The notes below the pieces were generated by a model. The model had not been told where the DNA came from. It did no database searches and saw only the letters and a list, made by a program, of their open reading frames with translations. Position numbers and translations under genes: made by a program. Shown here piece after piece: positions 46,006 to 55,384 of a stretch of 58,329 nt of DNA. This DNA is from a virus (taxonomy: Duplodnaviria > Caudoviricetes), in the IMG/VR virus record IMGVR_UViG_3300044461_000112, positions 1-58,329 of that record; one strand, 5' to 3'. Positions within the stretch are counted from its first letter, which is position 1, and each line of letters begins with the position of its first letter.

Positions 46006-47391
46006 TCAGGAAAACGGTATTTGCTCAAGGGGTTCCTCCCAGGTTTCTGACCCCGCTTCTGTGTAACGACCGTTAACAGAAGGGCCCTGGCCGCGCAGGA
46101 TGTAGCCGCCCCGGGTGGTCTGGATAAACCAGGGGTCATCGCTCTTCTGGTCGCGGGAGAGGGTGGACCGGATGCTGCTCTCGCGGATCTCGGTGTGGTC
46201 CGCGATCTCCTTGGGTTTCATTTCACCGTGGCGCAGGGCCGCCCGAATCTGCTCACGTTGGCCAAGCCGACGGACCAGCTCATCGTGGTCACCCACGTCG
46301 TCACGGGTAATCGTCACGAACGTCGGATCGAAGGGATCGTCCCAGTCAATACGAAACCCGATGGCGTTCATGGCTGCGGTGTGGTTGGTCTTCCAGGGGT
46401 AGAGGCCCAGGTGACTGACCAACGCGTCGGCGTCTTGTTGCTTGCGTACCTCCCAGCCAAGGCGTGCCCAGTTCCCCTTGAACACTGAGCCGTAGGGTTT
46501 GGCGACGCCGCTCGTTTGCTGGCGCGCCAGGTCGCTGACGTGATCCACGAGGAGTGCCGCCAGGGGTCGCTGCTGACCTCCTCGGATTGCCCGGATCGAC
46601 TCGAAGACGCCACGCGCTCGGTCATCCCAGGTACTCACGTCGCCGGCGAAGGCTGCGGCCATCTCGAAGGAGTCCACGATCAGCAGGCCGATCCTGTCCT
46701 GGGACACCCGGCGCGCGATCTGGTGGACCTGGTCGCGGAGACTGCCGAAGCACTCGCGGTAGGTGATGAGTGGGGGCTTCACCTCGAGCCCCGCGGAAAT
46801 GATGTTGACCCGTTCGCAGAAGACCTCGTAGTTGTCTTCCCAATCGAGGTAGAGCACGGGGGCAGGCTGCGTCTCGTAGTGCCCGGCGAAGGCGATGCCG
46901 AGACTGACGCAGACGGCGAGGCCGACGGCGATCCAGCCTTTGCCGACGCCGCCCGGCCCGTAGAGCATGACCGTCTGCCCGTTCGGCAGCAGCCGCTGCA
47001 CTAGTGGGGCGAGCCGTGGTTTCCGGGGGGCGGTCGGGCCGGTCAGGCGGAAGGGCTCGCCCGCGCGCTCGGCCTGCAAGCAGCCGGCGAAGAACTCTCG
47101 CACCCACGTGCTCCAGGGCAGGTCACGCCCCTCGGTGCCCTCCACGGTGCGTTTGAGGGCTTTGACCAGGTTGTCCTGGGCGGTGGAGGAGACGAGGTTG
47201 TAGCGCGCCTGCAAGAGCAGGCCGCTCATCCCGGGGCGGGTGGACTCCACGGTCACCTCGCCGCTGTGGGTTTCGGTGCCGCGCTTGATGTAGTCGAGGC
47301 GCAGGCGGAGCGCACCCGCGGGCTCGTAGACATAGCCCATGCCCTCTCGTTTGAACGCGGCGTCGTGCATGGTGGAACCCCGAGCTGTCAT
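46006..47391 (-). CDS. AAA (RepA/RecA-like) replicative ATPase/helicase with C-terminal wHTH
   Basis: Walker A YGPGGVGKG, VLYLDWE, Walker B LLIVDS, LVDH, YGS; EMKPKEIADHT..SIRSTLSR. Confidence 0.85.
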   Translation of the reverse strand: MTARGSTMHDAAFKREGMGYVYEPAGALRLRLDYIKRGTETHSGEVTVESTRPGMSGLLLQARYNLVSSTAQDNLVKALKRTVEGTEGRDLPWSTWVREFFAGCLQAERAGEPFRLTGPTAPRKPRLAPLVQRLLPNGQTVMLYGPGGVGKGWIAVGLAVCVSLGIAFAGHYETQPAPVLYLDWEDNYEVFCERVNIISAGLEVKPPLITYRECFGSLRDQVHQIARRVSQDRIGLLIVDSFEMAAAFAGDVSTWDDRARGVFESIRAIRGGQQRPLAALLVDHVSDLARQQTSGVAKPYGSVFKGNWARLGWEVRKQQDADALVSHLGLYPWKTNHTAAMNAIGFRIDWDDPFDPTFVTITRDDVGDHDELVRRLGQREQIRAALRHGEMKPKEIADHTEIRESSIRSTLSRDQKSDDPWFIQTTRGGYILRGQGPSVNGRYTEAGSETWEEPLEQIPFS

Positions 47392-47759
47392 TCGTGATCG
47401 GCAAGCCGTGGGATCTGGACCAGGGTGGTGGCAATGGAGCGGATGACGGTCACCTGGGAGGGTGTGGTCTGCGGTGGCGCTGGCGGGGTGGGAGGGACGC
47501 TCGCCGCGCACTGGTGGCGGACGAGCGCGGCGTCCTCGTCGTACAGCTCCTCCTGGTACCGGTAGACGGAGAGCCGACAGTCGGGGCAGCGCGTCCTGCT
47601 GATGGCGGCTTGCTGACGGCTTTCGGCGGCCGGACACATATGGGGTCGGCAGTGGTCGACTTCCATGCAGCGGGTTTCGCCACGGGTGCCGACCCACCAG
47701 TAGATAGCGACGTCTTCACAGTCGGGGCAGAGGTGGTCGGGGCCGAAGTGGGTGATCAT
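47388..47759 (-). CDS. Zn-binding hypothetical protein
   Basis: CPDC..HxC twice. Confidence 0.6.
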   Translation of the reverse strand: MITHFGPDHLCPDCEDVAIYWWVGTRGETRCMEVDHCRPHMCPAAESRQQAAISRTRCPDCRLSVYRYQEELYDEDAALVRHQCAASVPPTPPAPPQTTPSQVTVIRSIATTLVQIPRLADHE

Positions 47760-48358
47760 GAGACGCTCGCCAGGGCCGTGCGCAGGGCGGCGAGGAACTC
47801 CGGGGAGGCGTGCTTCTGGAGCGTCCGCGCGGCTGATTCGGGATCGTCGAGGTTGACGGAGACTCGATGGGGGTAGATGCCGGCCGCGACCGCCGCGCTC
47901 GTGATGGTGCGTTCTCCCTCGAGCACCTGTTGGTACAGGGCGGGTGCCGCATCGTCGAGTCGCTGGCGCTGCTTGTCGGTGCGGTCCTGTGGGGCAGTGG
48001 AACTAGGGTGAATCACCCTAGTTCCACTGGTGTATTGATTCCCCTTGTGTTGGCCAGGCTTCCTCCGCATCGCGTTCTTGAGGAGCCGGAGAACCGGCTC
48101 ATTCCCCGTACAGATGCGTCGCAGCATGGCGATGTTGCTGCCGAGGCCATCGGGCGGGTTGGTACACACAAACGCCTCGAAGCTCTCGAAGCGTGCGATC
48201 TCCCGCGTCCGCTCGACCCGCCGTTCCTGCCAGCGATTCTCTTCGATGACCTGTTTCAAGAGCGACGGCACCGTCCCCAATCCAAATGAGCCTTCATGCA
48301 ATGCATGGCTCAGCGACCACACAAAGGTGTCATTCTCCAGCAGCCGATCCACCGGCAT
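47756..48358 (-). CDS. Hypothetical (possible DNA-binding) protein
   Basis: GGAGGG SD; GNQYT motif, TITSAAVAAG. Confidence 0.65.
   Translation of the reverse strand: MPVDRLLENDTFVWSLSHALHEGSFGLGTVPSLLKQVIEENRWQERRVERTREIARFESFEAFVCTNPPDGLGSNIAMLRRICTGNEPVLRLLKNAMRRKPGQHKGNQYTSGTRVIHPSSTAPQDRTDKQRQRLDDAAPALYQQVLEGERTITSAAVAAGIYPHRVSVNLDDPESAARTLQKHASPEFLAALRTALASVS
47995..48029. repeat. 35-bp perfect palindrome (17-bp arms, 1-nt centre)
   Basis: CAGTGGAACTAGGGTGA-A-TCACCCTAGTTCCACTG. Confidence 0.9.
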
Positions 48359-50384
48359 CGTGGTCCCTCCGCCACTGCCAGGCCCGTTCCTCCCAGAAGA
48401 GGTAGGGGTACGGGCCGGCCAGGCTTTCTCTGGCAAACTCGAACCACTCACCCAGGATCTCCAGGCGTTCGGTAATCTGGGCGAGGCTTGCATGCTGAAT
48501 GTCGACGCCGGTCGCAATGATCAGCAGCTGTCCGACTTGCCAGTACTTGTCCTTGTTCGGACCGTCGTCGACCAATTGCGCTTCCCACGCGAAGAGACGG
48601 GAGGAATGGGTCACCGCCCGTCGACGCTGGCGCTTCTGCTCGGTTACGGTGATCGACTCGCCGGCGTCGTCGTTCGGATGGGGGGTGGGGACATCTGCTC
48701 TCTGGCCGATCCCGTGCTCGCGTTGCGCCCGGAGCAATTGCACCACGTCGTCGAGCTTCATCCCATCGAGACCCGCCAGCGCGATGAGCTGTTCTGCCTG
48801 CACGAGGTCATCACGGATGTAGGGCTTGCCGTTGATGATCACCTCGTCCACCCTGGGCACGGCGCTGATCGGGACGAACCCATTTCCTGGGCGTGGACCA
48901 TCCGGACCATCCGGACCATCAAACGGACCGTCCCAGATCGGCTTTTGCTTCGCCTCCTCGATGAAATTCGGCCGCTCCGCCTTGATGGTCTCCACCCATT
49001 CGAGGAGACGGAGATCCTTCGGCACGTAAAAGATGGCTTCGAGGTCGTCGTAGCCCTTGATCGCGCGGGCGTGGCGGAATGCGGCCTGACGGAAGTACGG
49101 CTCGCTTTTCACAATGTCTGAGAGATAGACCCCGACCGATAACCGGGGGATGTCCACTCCTTCGCTCACCATGCGGACCGCGATCAGCCAGAGATCGGTA
49201 CTCTTGATAAATGCCCGGATCTTCTTGAATGCCAGGACGTCTTCAGAGATCGCGATGACCGGTTCGTGCCCGCTTATCTCACGGAGCCAACCCGCGATGA
49301 CCTTCGCGTGGGCCTGGCTCATCGCAAACACGAGGCCGGCCGCATGCGGGTACTGGGTCCGTCGGATGCGCAGCAGATCGCGATGCGCATCCTCCAGCAT
49401 TTTTCTGACCCAATCTTCGGTGAGCAGCGCCGTCCGTAGGCGATAGCTTTCCCCCTGCTCGGTGAGCTTCTCCGCAAATGTTGCCGAGACCTCCGGGGTG
49501 AACCCGGCCTTCCATGTCATGTGGCCTTCGTAGGTCGGGAAATAGAGGTTGCGACAGACGCCATCACGAACCGCCTGTCCGTAGGTGTAGCGATAGTCGG
49601 CGACACACTCCCGGTTCTCGTATTTCACCCAGGGGATCGGCTGGCGATCAGGTCGAAAGGGGGTGCCGGTCAGCAGGAGGCGCCGCTCGGCGTTCTCGAA
49701 TGCCTGCTTCGCCGCCGGGCCCCACCCTTTTTGCAGACCTTCGGCTTCGACCATGTGATGGGGTTCGTCTAAAATCACCAGCGTGGATGCTTGGGCACAT
49801 CCCCAGCGGTGAAACTCGGGGTCGGTCAGGACCTGTGCATACGTCACGACGACCCCGTGACAATCCGCTGGAATCTCCGCGGTGCGATTTTCAAAGTCAT
49901 AGGCGAGGTCAATGCCGACCTCGTGGGCTGCCGTGCCCCACTGTTCGCGCAGCGGGGTGGTATGGACCACGACCACCAGGCGCTCGATCGAGCCCGCGGT
50001 CATGAACCGGTGCGCAGCCATGAGGCCGAATCGCGTCTTGCCGGCGGCAGGACTGCTGTCACAAAGAAAATTCGGGCTCGTCGTTTCGAGCAATTTCACC
50101 ATGGCATCGAGCTGCCATGCTCGCGCGCCGCTCTCCCAGTCCCATCTGGGAATCGGCCGCTGTAAGTAGGGCCGGGCCATACCTGCTCCTTTCCAGCGAT
50201 TACAGGCGCGACAGAGCGCCTGCCCATTCACGACATCCGTTGGTCCGCCTTGAACCCAGGGCACGATGTGATCCGCTTCCCAATCTGCTCTGAGATCACC
50301 TCCACACTGCGCACAGCGACCACCCGATCCACGGAAGAGTGCCCACCGCTGGCCCTGATTGAACCGCCGTGGTCCGGTGTGCAT
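48330..50384 (-). CDS. HNH endonuclease fused to SF2 (ResIII/DExH-like) helicase
   Basis: CAQC..EADHIVPW..GG.T..NGQALCRACN; then PAAGKT, ILDEPHH, LTGTP, MVSEGVDIP, FRQ. Confidence 0.88.
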   Translation of the reverse strand: MHTGPRRFNQGQRWALFRGSGGRCAQCGGDLRADWEADHIVPWVQGGPTDVVNGQALCRACNRWKGAGMARPYLQRPIPRWDWESGARAWQLDAMVKLLETTSPNFLCDSSPAAGKTRFGLMAAHRFMTAGSIERLVVVVHTTPLREQWGTAAHEVGIDLAYDFENRTAEIPADCHGVVVTYAQVLTDPEFHRWGCAQASTLVILDEPHHMVEAEGLQKGWGPAAKQAFENAERRLLLTGTPFRPDRQPIPWVKYENRECVADYRYTYGQAVRDGVCRNLYFPTYEGHMTWKAGFTPEVSATFAEKLTEQGESYRLRTALLTEDWVRKMLEDAHRDLLRIRRTQYPHAAGLVFAMSQAHAKVIAGWLREISGHEPVIAISEDVLAFKKIRAFIKSTDLWLIAVRMVSEGVDIPRLSVGVYLSDIVKSEPYFRQAAFRHARAIKGYDDLEAIFYVPKDLRLLEWVETIKAERPNFIEEAKQKPIWDGPFDGPDGPDGPRPGNGFVPISAVPRVDEVIINGKPYIRDDLVQAEQLIALAGLDGMKLDDVVQLLRAQREHGIGQRADVPTPHPNDDAGESITVTEQKRQRRRAVTHSSRLFAWEAQLVDDGPNKDKYWQVGQLLIIATGVDIQHASLAQITERLEILGEWFEFARESLAGPYPYLFWEERAWQWRRDHDAGGSAAGE

Positions 50385-50411
50385 CGTTCCCCTTTCGGTG
50401 CCGCTTCCGTA

Positions 50412-50445
50412 CAAAAGAAAAGGCCGGAGCGATTCGGCTCCGGCC
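50412..50445 (-). terminator. Intrinsic terminator after recombinase
   Basis: GGCCGGAGC/GCTCCGGCC stem, then TTTTCTTTT on - strand. Confidence 0.8.
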
Positions 50446-50452
50446 CGTGGTG

Positions 50453-51253
50453 CTAGACGCTGACGGCTTCGAGCTCCTGCAGCTTTGCCTTGAGCCGCCG
50501 CCCCTGCGAATTCAAGTCCTCGAGGGTGGTGCCGCTGGAGAGCTCCCACTCCGCCAGATCGAAGGGCTCGGGGGTGCCCGCGGCATTGGCGGCGTTATTG
50601 GCCATGAGCGCACGGCGGATGAGCTGGTTGTAGGCGACGACGCGGTGCGGGTCGAGCGCGGGGGTCTCCGGCTCGTCCTCATCGAAGGGGATCTCCTCGA
50701 CACCGTGGTAGGTGATCAGCCGGTCCGCGTCGTCGGAACGGTGCTCGGTGATCTCGAAGGGCACGGGCTGGGCGTTCGGGATGCTGTCGATCTCGCTCTC
50801 GTCGAGCATCCCGAGGCCGAGCATGGAGAGGGTCACGCGGCGCTTGCTCTTCGTGACCGCCTTCATGATCGCGTTCGCCTTCGCATCCCCTTTGAGCCCT
50901 TCGACGGTGGTGATGCCGAGGTCGGAGTCCTGGCGCCCCGATGGGTCGGAGGCCGTCACCGACACGATGCAGAGGCCATCTGAGAGGTCAATGCTGGGCT
51001 TACTGATGCTGATGTGGTGCATGCCACGCAGCTGGTCAGTGGCGCCCTTAGTGGCGTAGAGGACAAGCTTGCCGTTGAGGGACAAATATTGAAATGGGGT
51101 GGTGAAGGCGTTGAGGCCGAGGCTGCGACAGACCCCGGCGTAGTAGTCCCACCGCTGGTCCTGACTCAGTTTGGAGAGGTCGCCCGCGACGATGACGCGC
51201 TCGATGGCGGACAGGTCGGGGGTGGTGTCGGGAATGGTCATGGACTGGGTCAT
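50453..51253 (-). CDS. ssDNA-annealing recombinase (RecT/Bet-like)
   Basis: VCRSLGLNAFT, ANAIMKAVTKSKRR..LGLGMLDESE. Confidence 0.7.
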   Translation of the reverse strand: MTQSMTIPDTTPDLSAIERVIVAGDLSKLSQDQRWDYYAGVCRSLGLNAFTTPFQYLSLNGKLVLYATKGATDQLRGMHHISISKPSIDLSDGLCIVSVTASDPSGRQDSDLGITTVEGLKGDAKANAIMKAVTKSKRRVTLSMLGLGMLDESEIDSIPNAQPVPFEITEHRSDDADRLITYHGVEEIPFDEDEPETPALDPHRVVAYNQLIRRALMANNAANAAGTPEPFDLAEWELSSGTTLEDLNSQGRRLKAKLQELEAVSV

Positions 51254-51486
51254 ATGCGGTACTCCCGTCGCAGTCGTGCATTGGTGTCACGAAGCCACGC
51301 CATGGCGGCCTCGACGTCATCCGGGTCGGTGTGGTCGAGGTAGACCTTGAGTTGGAAATAGCGTTCACCCTTGCTGCTCATCTGGAGTTCAATGCTCGAC
51401 TGTCTCGGGTTCCAGACGGCGGCGGGTTGCTGCTCGGCCTCCAGGATGCGCAGGCCGAGGCCTTCGACGTTCGGGGGTTTCATCAC
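51250..51486 (-). CDS. Hypothetical protein
   Basis: GGAGG SD, overlap coupling. Confidence 0.55.
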   Translation of the reverse strand: MMKPPNVEGLGLRILEAEQQPAAVWNPRQSSIELQMSSKGERYFQLKVYLDHTDPDDVEAAMAWLRDTNARLRREYRI

Positions 51487-51596
51487 AATCCTCCGGCGTA
51501 GGCGAGGAAGGCGAGCCGCAGCAGCACGACCACGAGGGCGGCGGCCACGGCGACGGGCAGCAGCACGCGGACGACGTAGGAGAGCAGGAGGGTCAT
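51483..51596 (-). CDS. Small TM peptide, 37 aa
   Basis: MTLLLSYVVRVLLPVAVAAALVVLLRLAFLAYAGGL; ATGA overlap. Confidence 0.45.
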   Translation of the reverse strand: MTLLLSYVVRVLLPVAVAAALVVVLLRLAFLAYAGGL

Positions 51597-51808
51597 TCGG
51601 GGTATCCCTTCTCGGCCCGAATGCGGGCAGCCAGGGCGTTTACGTAGGCGGTGGTCGCGGCCAGCTCCTCGCGCGCGGAGATCAGCCAGCTTTCATAGGC
51701 GTAGGAGCGCTGGCCGAGTCGCGGGAGCCGATCGGCGCCCCGCAGTTGTTCTCCGAGGTCGAGGCGGGCGCCGATGGCGGCGACCAGGGCGTCGTGCGGC
51801 TCGGTCAT
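51593..51808 (-). CDS. Hypothetical protein
   Basis: GGAG SD, ATGA overlap. Confidence 0.5.
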   Translation of the reverse strand: MTEPHDALVAAIGARLDLGEQLRGADRLPRLGQRSYAYESWLISAREELAATTAYVNALAARIRAEKGYPE

Positions 51809-52062
51809 GACGGCTGCTCCAGGCGGTCTCGGATGTCGCGGAACAGGGAATCGAGGTACTGCTGACTGGCGAAGCCGCGCAGCCAACTGGCGTGGCGCAG
51901 GAGCTGTTCATTCGTCACCGAGGGCTTGGTCTCGGCCAGGCGCAGGCAGGCGGCGTAGGTCTGGGCGGCGACGACGAGGTCGAGCTCGCGCTCGTGGGTC
52001 TCGGCGGATTTGACGCGGGACGCGGCGGACGGTGGTGCGGGGATCGCGCTGGGCTTTATCAT
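51805..52062 (-). CDS. Hypothetical protein
   Basis: Open frame in operon. Confidence 0.5.
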   Translation of the reverse strand: MIKPSAIPAPPSAASRVKSAETHERELDLVVAAQTYAACLRLAETKPSVTNEQLLRHASWLRGFASQQYLDSLFRDIRDRLEQPS

Positions 52063-52122
52063 TTCTGTGTCTCACATCCTCGCCCCGCTCCTGGCTCCCA
52101 CCAGTCGGGGCATTCTTTTTGC

Positions 52123-52389
52123 TCACGTCGGGATGGTGCGGTGGTCAATCTCGCGGGTCATTTGCTCGCGGATGAGGTCCTCGGCGGCGGACGGCGACTT
52201 CGCCCAGCCGAGGCGATGGCCGCATAACCAGGCGGCGTAGTCCGACGTCACGGTGTCCCAGGCGGCACCGGTGAATCCCGTGGCGGCGTGCTGGGCGTCC
52301 TCTTGTTCGGCGACCCAGGCGGCCTGTTCACGGTCCCAGATGTCCCGCTTCTCGCGGTCGTGCGCCAGGTACCGTTGCCAGCTGTCCAT
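52123..52389 (-). CDS. Hypothetical protein
   Basis: TGATG coupling. Confidence 0.55.
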   Translation of the reverse strand: MDSWQRYLAHDREKRDIWDREQAAWVAEQEDAQHAATGFTGAAWDTVTSDYAAWLCGHRLGWAKSPSAAEDLIREQMTREIDHRTIPT

Positions 52390-52544
52390 CACGCCGCCTT
52401 GTCCTTTTCCTGCTCCGCGAGGATCAGGTGCTCGGCCTCGTCGAGGAGGGCGGCAGCTTTCGCCATATCGCCCCGGGTGAGGGCGAGCAGGGCCTGATGG
52501 ATGAGGGCGTCGGCGGTGGTGGGCGGGTCGGGGGCGGGCATCAT
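52389..52544 (-). CDS. Small hypothetical protein
   Basis: GAGG SD, ATGA overlap. Confidence 0.5.
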   Translation of the reverse strand: MMPAPDPPTTADALIHQALLALTRGDMAKAAALLDEAEHLILAEQEKDKAA

Positions 52545-52738
52545 GCGGGCACCGCCTCTTCTTCCTGGGCGATGAGTTTCCGCGCTTGTTCGCGGCGCCA
52601 GTCCCGGTAGCCACGGTTGAGAAATTCGCGGATGATGGTGGCTTTTCGTTCTCGGCGCTCGTCGGCCACGCGAGCGATCATCTCGATCTGTTCCTCTTCG
52701 ATGTGGACCGTGATCGCCCGCACATTTGGTAGCGGCAA
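52541..52738 (-). CDS. Cro-position RHH-like DNA-binding protein
   Basis: GGAGG SD, TTG start; AITVHIEEEQIEMIARVADERRERKATIIREFL; divergent from repressor. Confidence 0.6.
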   Translation of the reverse strand: MPLPNVRAITVHIEEEQIEMIARVADERRERKATIIREFLNRGYRDWRREQARKLIAQEEEAVPA

Positions 52739-52788
52739 GAAGTCCTCCCCCCAAATGCGGTTTCAGTATATGCGCTAACCGCAACTTC

Positions 52789-52817
52789 ACTATACCGAAA
52801 TGGCGGACCTGGCGCAA
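52789..52817 (-). promoter_or_regulatory. Sigma70-like lytic promoter in immunity region
   Basis: TTGCGC-17 nt-TATAGT on - strand; nearby TGCGGTT/AACCGCA inverted half-sites (52756-52783) and TACCGCA may be operators. Confidence 0.55.
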
Positions 52818-52875
52818 TACCGCATATGATGTATTGGGATATGCTTAGGGAGCCGGTTGGCCAGGAGGCGGAGTC

Positions 52876-53280
52876 ATGCGCACCCCAGGGGTTGGTGCTC
52901 GATTGCGTGAGTTACGGCGGCAGCGGCGGATGACACAGGAGGAGCTTGCGACCAAGCTCAGCCTGTCGCAGTCGGCGCTCTCGCGGTATGAAGTCGGGGA
53001 GCTACAGATAGACGCGGATGAGCTGCCGCGATTCGCCCAGGCGTTGGGCGTGAATGCGTCGGCCTTCTATGAGGAAGTGGAGCGCTCCTGGATGCCGACG
53101 CCCGGGGAGGTGTTGTACTGGGTGGAACGGTACTTTCAGGGTCTCCATGGTTCCGATTCCCGGAGTCCAGATGGTTCACCCCTGGACGGGAACCATGAGG
53201 GCGCCATGCCACGGGTCGATCCTGATGGTTTGGGACTATACGAACTCGGCCTCCGCCCCGCCGCCCTGCTGGCCAACTAA
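52876..53280 (+). CDS. XRE-family immunity repressor
   Basis: AGGAGG SD; LRELRRQRRMTQEELATKLSLSQSALSRYEVG; divergent layout. Confidence 0.85.
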   Translation: MRTPGVGARLRELRRQRRMTQEELATKLSLSQSALSRYEVGELQIDADELPRFAQALGVNASAFYEEVERSWMPTPGEVLYWVERYFQGLHGSDSRSPDGSPLDGNHEGAMPRVDPDGLGLYELGLRPAALLAN

Positions 53281-53449
53281 GCACATATGTTCTGGTTTGG
53301 GCACGGTTGCGGCACCGCTCTTGACCTTCGGACTCCGTTCTCTAGGATGGGAGATAGGGACAGGGACCAGTTCGGGCGTGATCTATTCGTCAATAGTTGG
53401 CAGTGTGCATATGGTTCATCGCAGAACCATGCACCCAGGTGTCGGTCTT

Positions 53450-53526
53450 CGGGGAGTGGCGCAGTCTGGCAGCGCGCGCGGTTTGGGACCGCGAGGCCAC
53501 GGGTTCGAATCCCGTCTCCCCGACCA
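53450..53526 (+). tRNA. tRNA-Pro(UGG)
   Basis: CGGGGAG/CTCCCCG acceptor stem, CGCGG-TTTGGGA-CCGCG anticodon arm, GGTTCGAATCC T arm, encoded CCA. Confidence 0.95.
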
Positions 53527-53567
53527 ACTGGTGTCCTGTCCCAATCGGAGTGGGGAGTGGGACCAGA

Positions 53568-54583
53568 TGCCCGCGACGGGACACACGCGCAGACACCGGC
53601 GGTCGGCTGACATGGCGCGGCGGAAGGTGGCGCCACCGGACTACTGGCAGGCGGTCGAGCAGCACCAGCTCGATTTAGAGATTGGCAACCGGGCGCAGAC
53701 CACGCGGACCTGGTACAAGCTGATCGCCACGCGCTATATCACGTACCTGGTGGAGTCCGGCAAGCTCCCCGACGCCAAGCACCCACCACTTAGCTGTATG
53801 ACCACAGACAACGCCCGGGGGTTTGTGCTGTGGGTGCGGGACACGCCGGTGACCAACCAGCTGACCGGCCAGACGATGAAGCGGGGGGCCAAGACGATCC
53901 TCGAGCACGTCCGGGCGATGAAGGCGTTCAGCCGCTACCTGTTTGATGAGGGGATGACGCCGAACGATGCGCTGCGCACGCTGAGGAGCCCCCGGGCGGT
54001 GCAGCGCACGCCGCAGACGTTCACCACGGACCAGGTGAAGGATCTGTTGCGCGTGATCGAGCGGCACCCGCTGCGGGAGCGCAACCAGGCGGTGTTCCTG
54101 TTCCTGCTGGCCACGGGGGTCAGAGTCTCTGAGCTCTGTGGTCTCAGGATGCCTGAATTGGACCTGAAAGCCCGGCGCGCCAAGGTTCTCGGTAAGGGCT
54201 CGAAGGAACGGTATGTCTACTTTGACCCGATCACGGTGCGGTGCCTGAACAGCTACCTGCGCGTCCGGCCCGAGTCCACGAGTACCAACGTATTCCTGAA
54301 CCGAAGTGGCGATCCGTACCGGCGTGGGGCCCTACAGCGGCTCCTGGAGCGGTTTGGGGAGGAAGCCGGGATACCATTCCATGTGACGCCGCACTGCTGT
54401 CGGCATTTCTTCGCCACGCAGTTTGCTCGACTGCATCCCGGAGAACTGTTTCAGCTACAGGAATTGCTTGGACATTCTGACCTTTCCATGTCGAGGAAAT
54501 ATACGAGGCTCGCAGATGCGCAGCGCTCTGTGGACGGGGTGTCGGTGGTGGAGAGTCTGAACATCAGCAAGCTGGTGAGGTGA
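53568..54583 (+). CDS. int: Tyrosine recombinase/integrase
   Basis: TGVRVSEL, GKGSKER, HCCRH, LGHSDLSMSRKY; alternative start 53612. Confidence 0.93.
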
Positions 54584-54587
54584 GGGG

Positions 54588-54812
54588 ATGACGGAGTGCG
54601 GGTGCCGATTTGACGCCAGGGGTTGGCTGGTGCAGTGTGAGGAGGCGGTGCAACTGTGGGATACGTTGTACCGCGCCGCGTACCGGGAAGACGAGTACGG
54701 TGGGCGTGCGGACGATGTGGCGGCGTGTGCTGCGGCCCACCACGACTACGAGCGGCACATCGGCCAGGTGTACCGCCGGGAGCTCGAGCGGGCGATACTA
54801 GGGGTACCGTGA
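54588..54812 (+). CDS. Hypothetical protein
   Basis: GAGGTGAGG SD. Confidence 0.6.
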   Translation: MTECGCRFDARGWLVQCEEAVQLWDTLYRAAYREDEYGGRADDVAACAAAHHDYERHIGQVYRRELERAILGVP

Positions 54813-54848
54813 GGCGCCTGGCCTGGTGCCGTGTGCGGCCCAAGTCTC

Positions 54849-54889
54849 CCGCAGGCCCCGGACATCACGTCCGGGGCCTGCGGTTTTTT
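54849..54889 (+). terminator. Intrinsic terminator
   Basis: 15-bp stem CCGCAGGCCCCGGAC/GTCCGGGGCCTGCGG followed by T6. Confidence 0.9.
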
Positions 54890-54906
54890 GTGGTGCATGC
54901 GCCGTC

Positions 54907-55068
54907 CTAGGTGTTCGGCTTCGCCGCCTGGTCCTGTTGGTGCTGGACCCACTGGTTGAGGATGTGGGCGGCGAGGTTGGCGAGCGGGCGCCCCTGCCGT
55001 TCGGCCTCGGCGACGAGGTAGGCCCGGGTCTCGGTGGGGACGCGGAGATAGAGCGGTTCACTGGCCAT
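54907..55068 (-). CDS. RHH/Arc-like DNA-binding protein
   Basis: PLYLRVPTETRAYLVAEAERQGRPLANLAAHIL. Confidence 0.7.
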   Translation of the reverse strand: MASEPLYLRVPTETRAYLVAEAERQGRPLANLAAHILNQWVQHQQDQAAKPNT

Positions 55069-55384
55069 GGGTGGTGCTCTCCGATCGGGCTTCGTCGGCC
55101 ACAGCCTGCCAGAATTGCCGCTCGGCCTCCTCAGCCCCGTCAAACCGTGCCTCCCATTCCTCGGATTGGTCACGGCTGTAGACGTGCCGACCATCACGGT
55201 AGTAGACCGTGCTGGCGTCACGGTCAGAGATGAGCTGTTGCGGCAGGCTGCCCAGGACCGGGTTCTCATCCAGGGCCTGGCGGAAGGTGGCGTCGAGCCA
55301 TTCCTCGGCGGCGCGTTTGTCCGCACGGGCGAACCACTTGTAGCTGTGGTGTTGTGATCCGGGGATACCGACGATAGCGAACAT
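55058..55384 (-). CDS. Hypothetical early protein
   Basis: GAGGAGG SD. Confidence 0.65.
   Translation of the reverse strand: MFAIVGIPGSQHHSYKWFARADKRAAEEWLDATFRQALDENPVLGSLPQQLISDRDASTVYYRDGRHVYSRDQSEEWEARFDGAEEAERQFWQAVADEARSESTTHGQ

Noticed and set aside
48895-48920. GGACCATCC tandem repeat
   Set aside because: Encodes a DGP-DGP-DGP linker in the helicase; ordinary coding microsatellite
53240-53280. ssrA-like degradation tag/attP inside the repressor (integration-dependent immunity)
   Set aside because: C-terminus AALLAN is only vaguely tag-like, and the tRNA/att candidate lies downstream of the stop codon
53054-53567. N-terminal extension of the integrase in the ORF track
   Set aside because: Overlaps the repressor and the tRNA; the real start is 53568 or 53612
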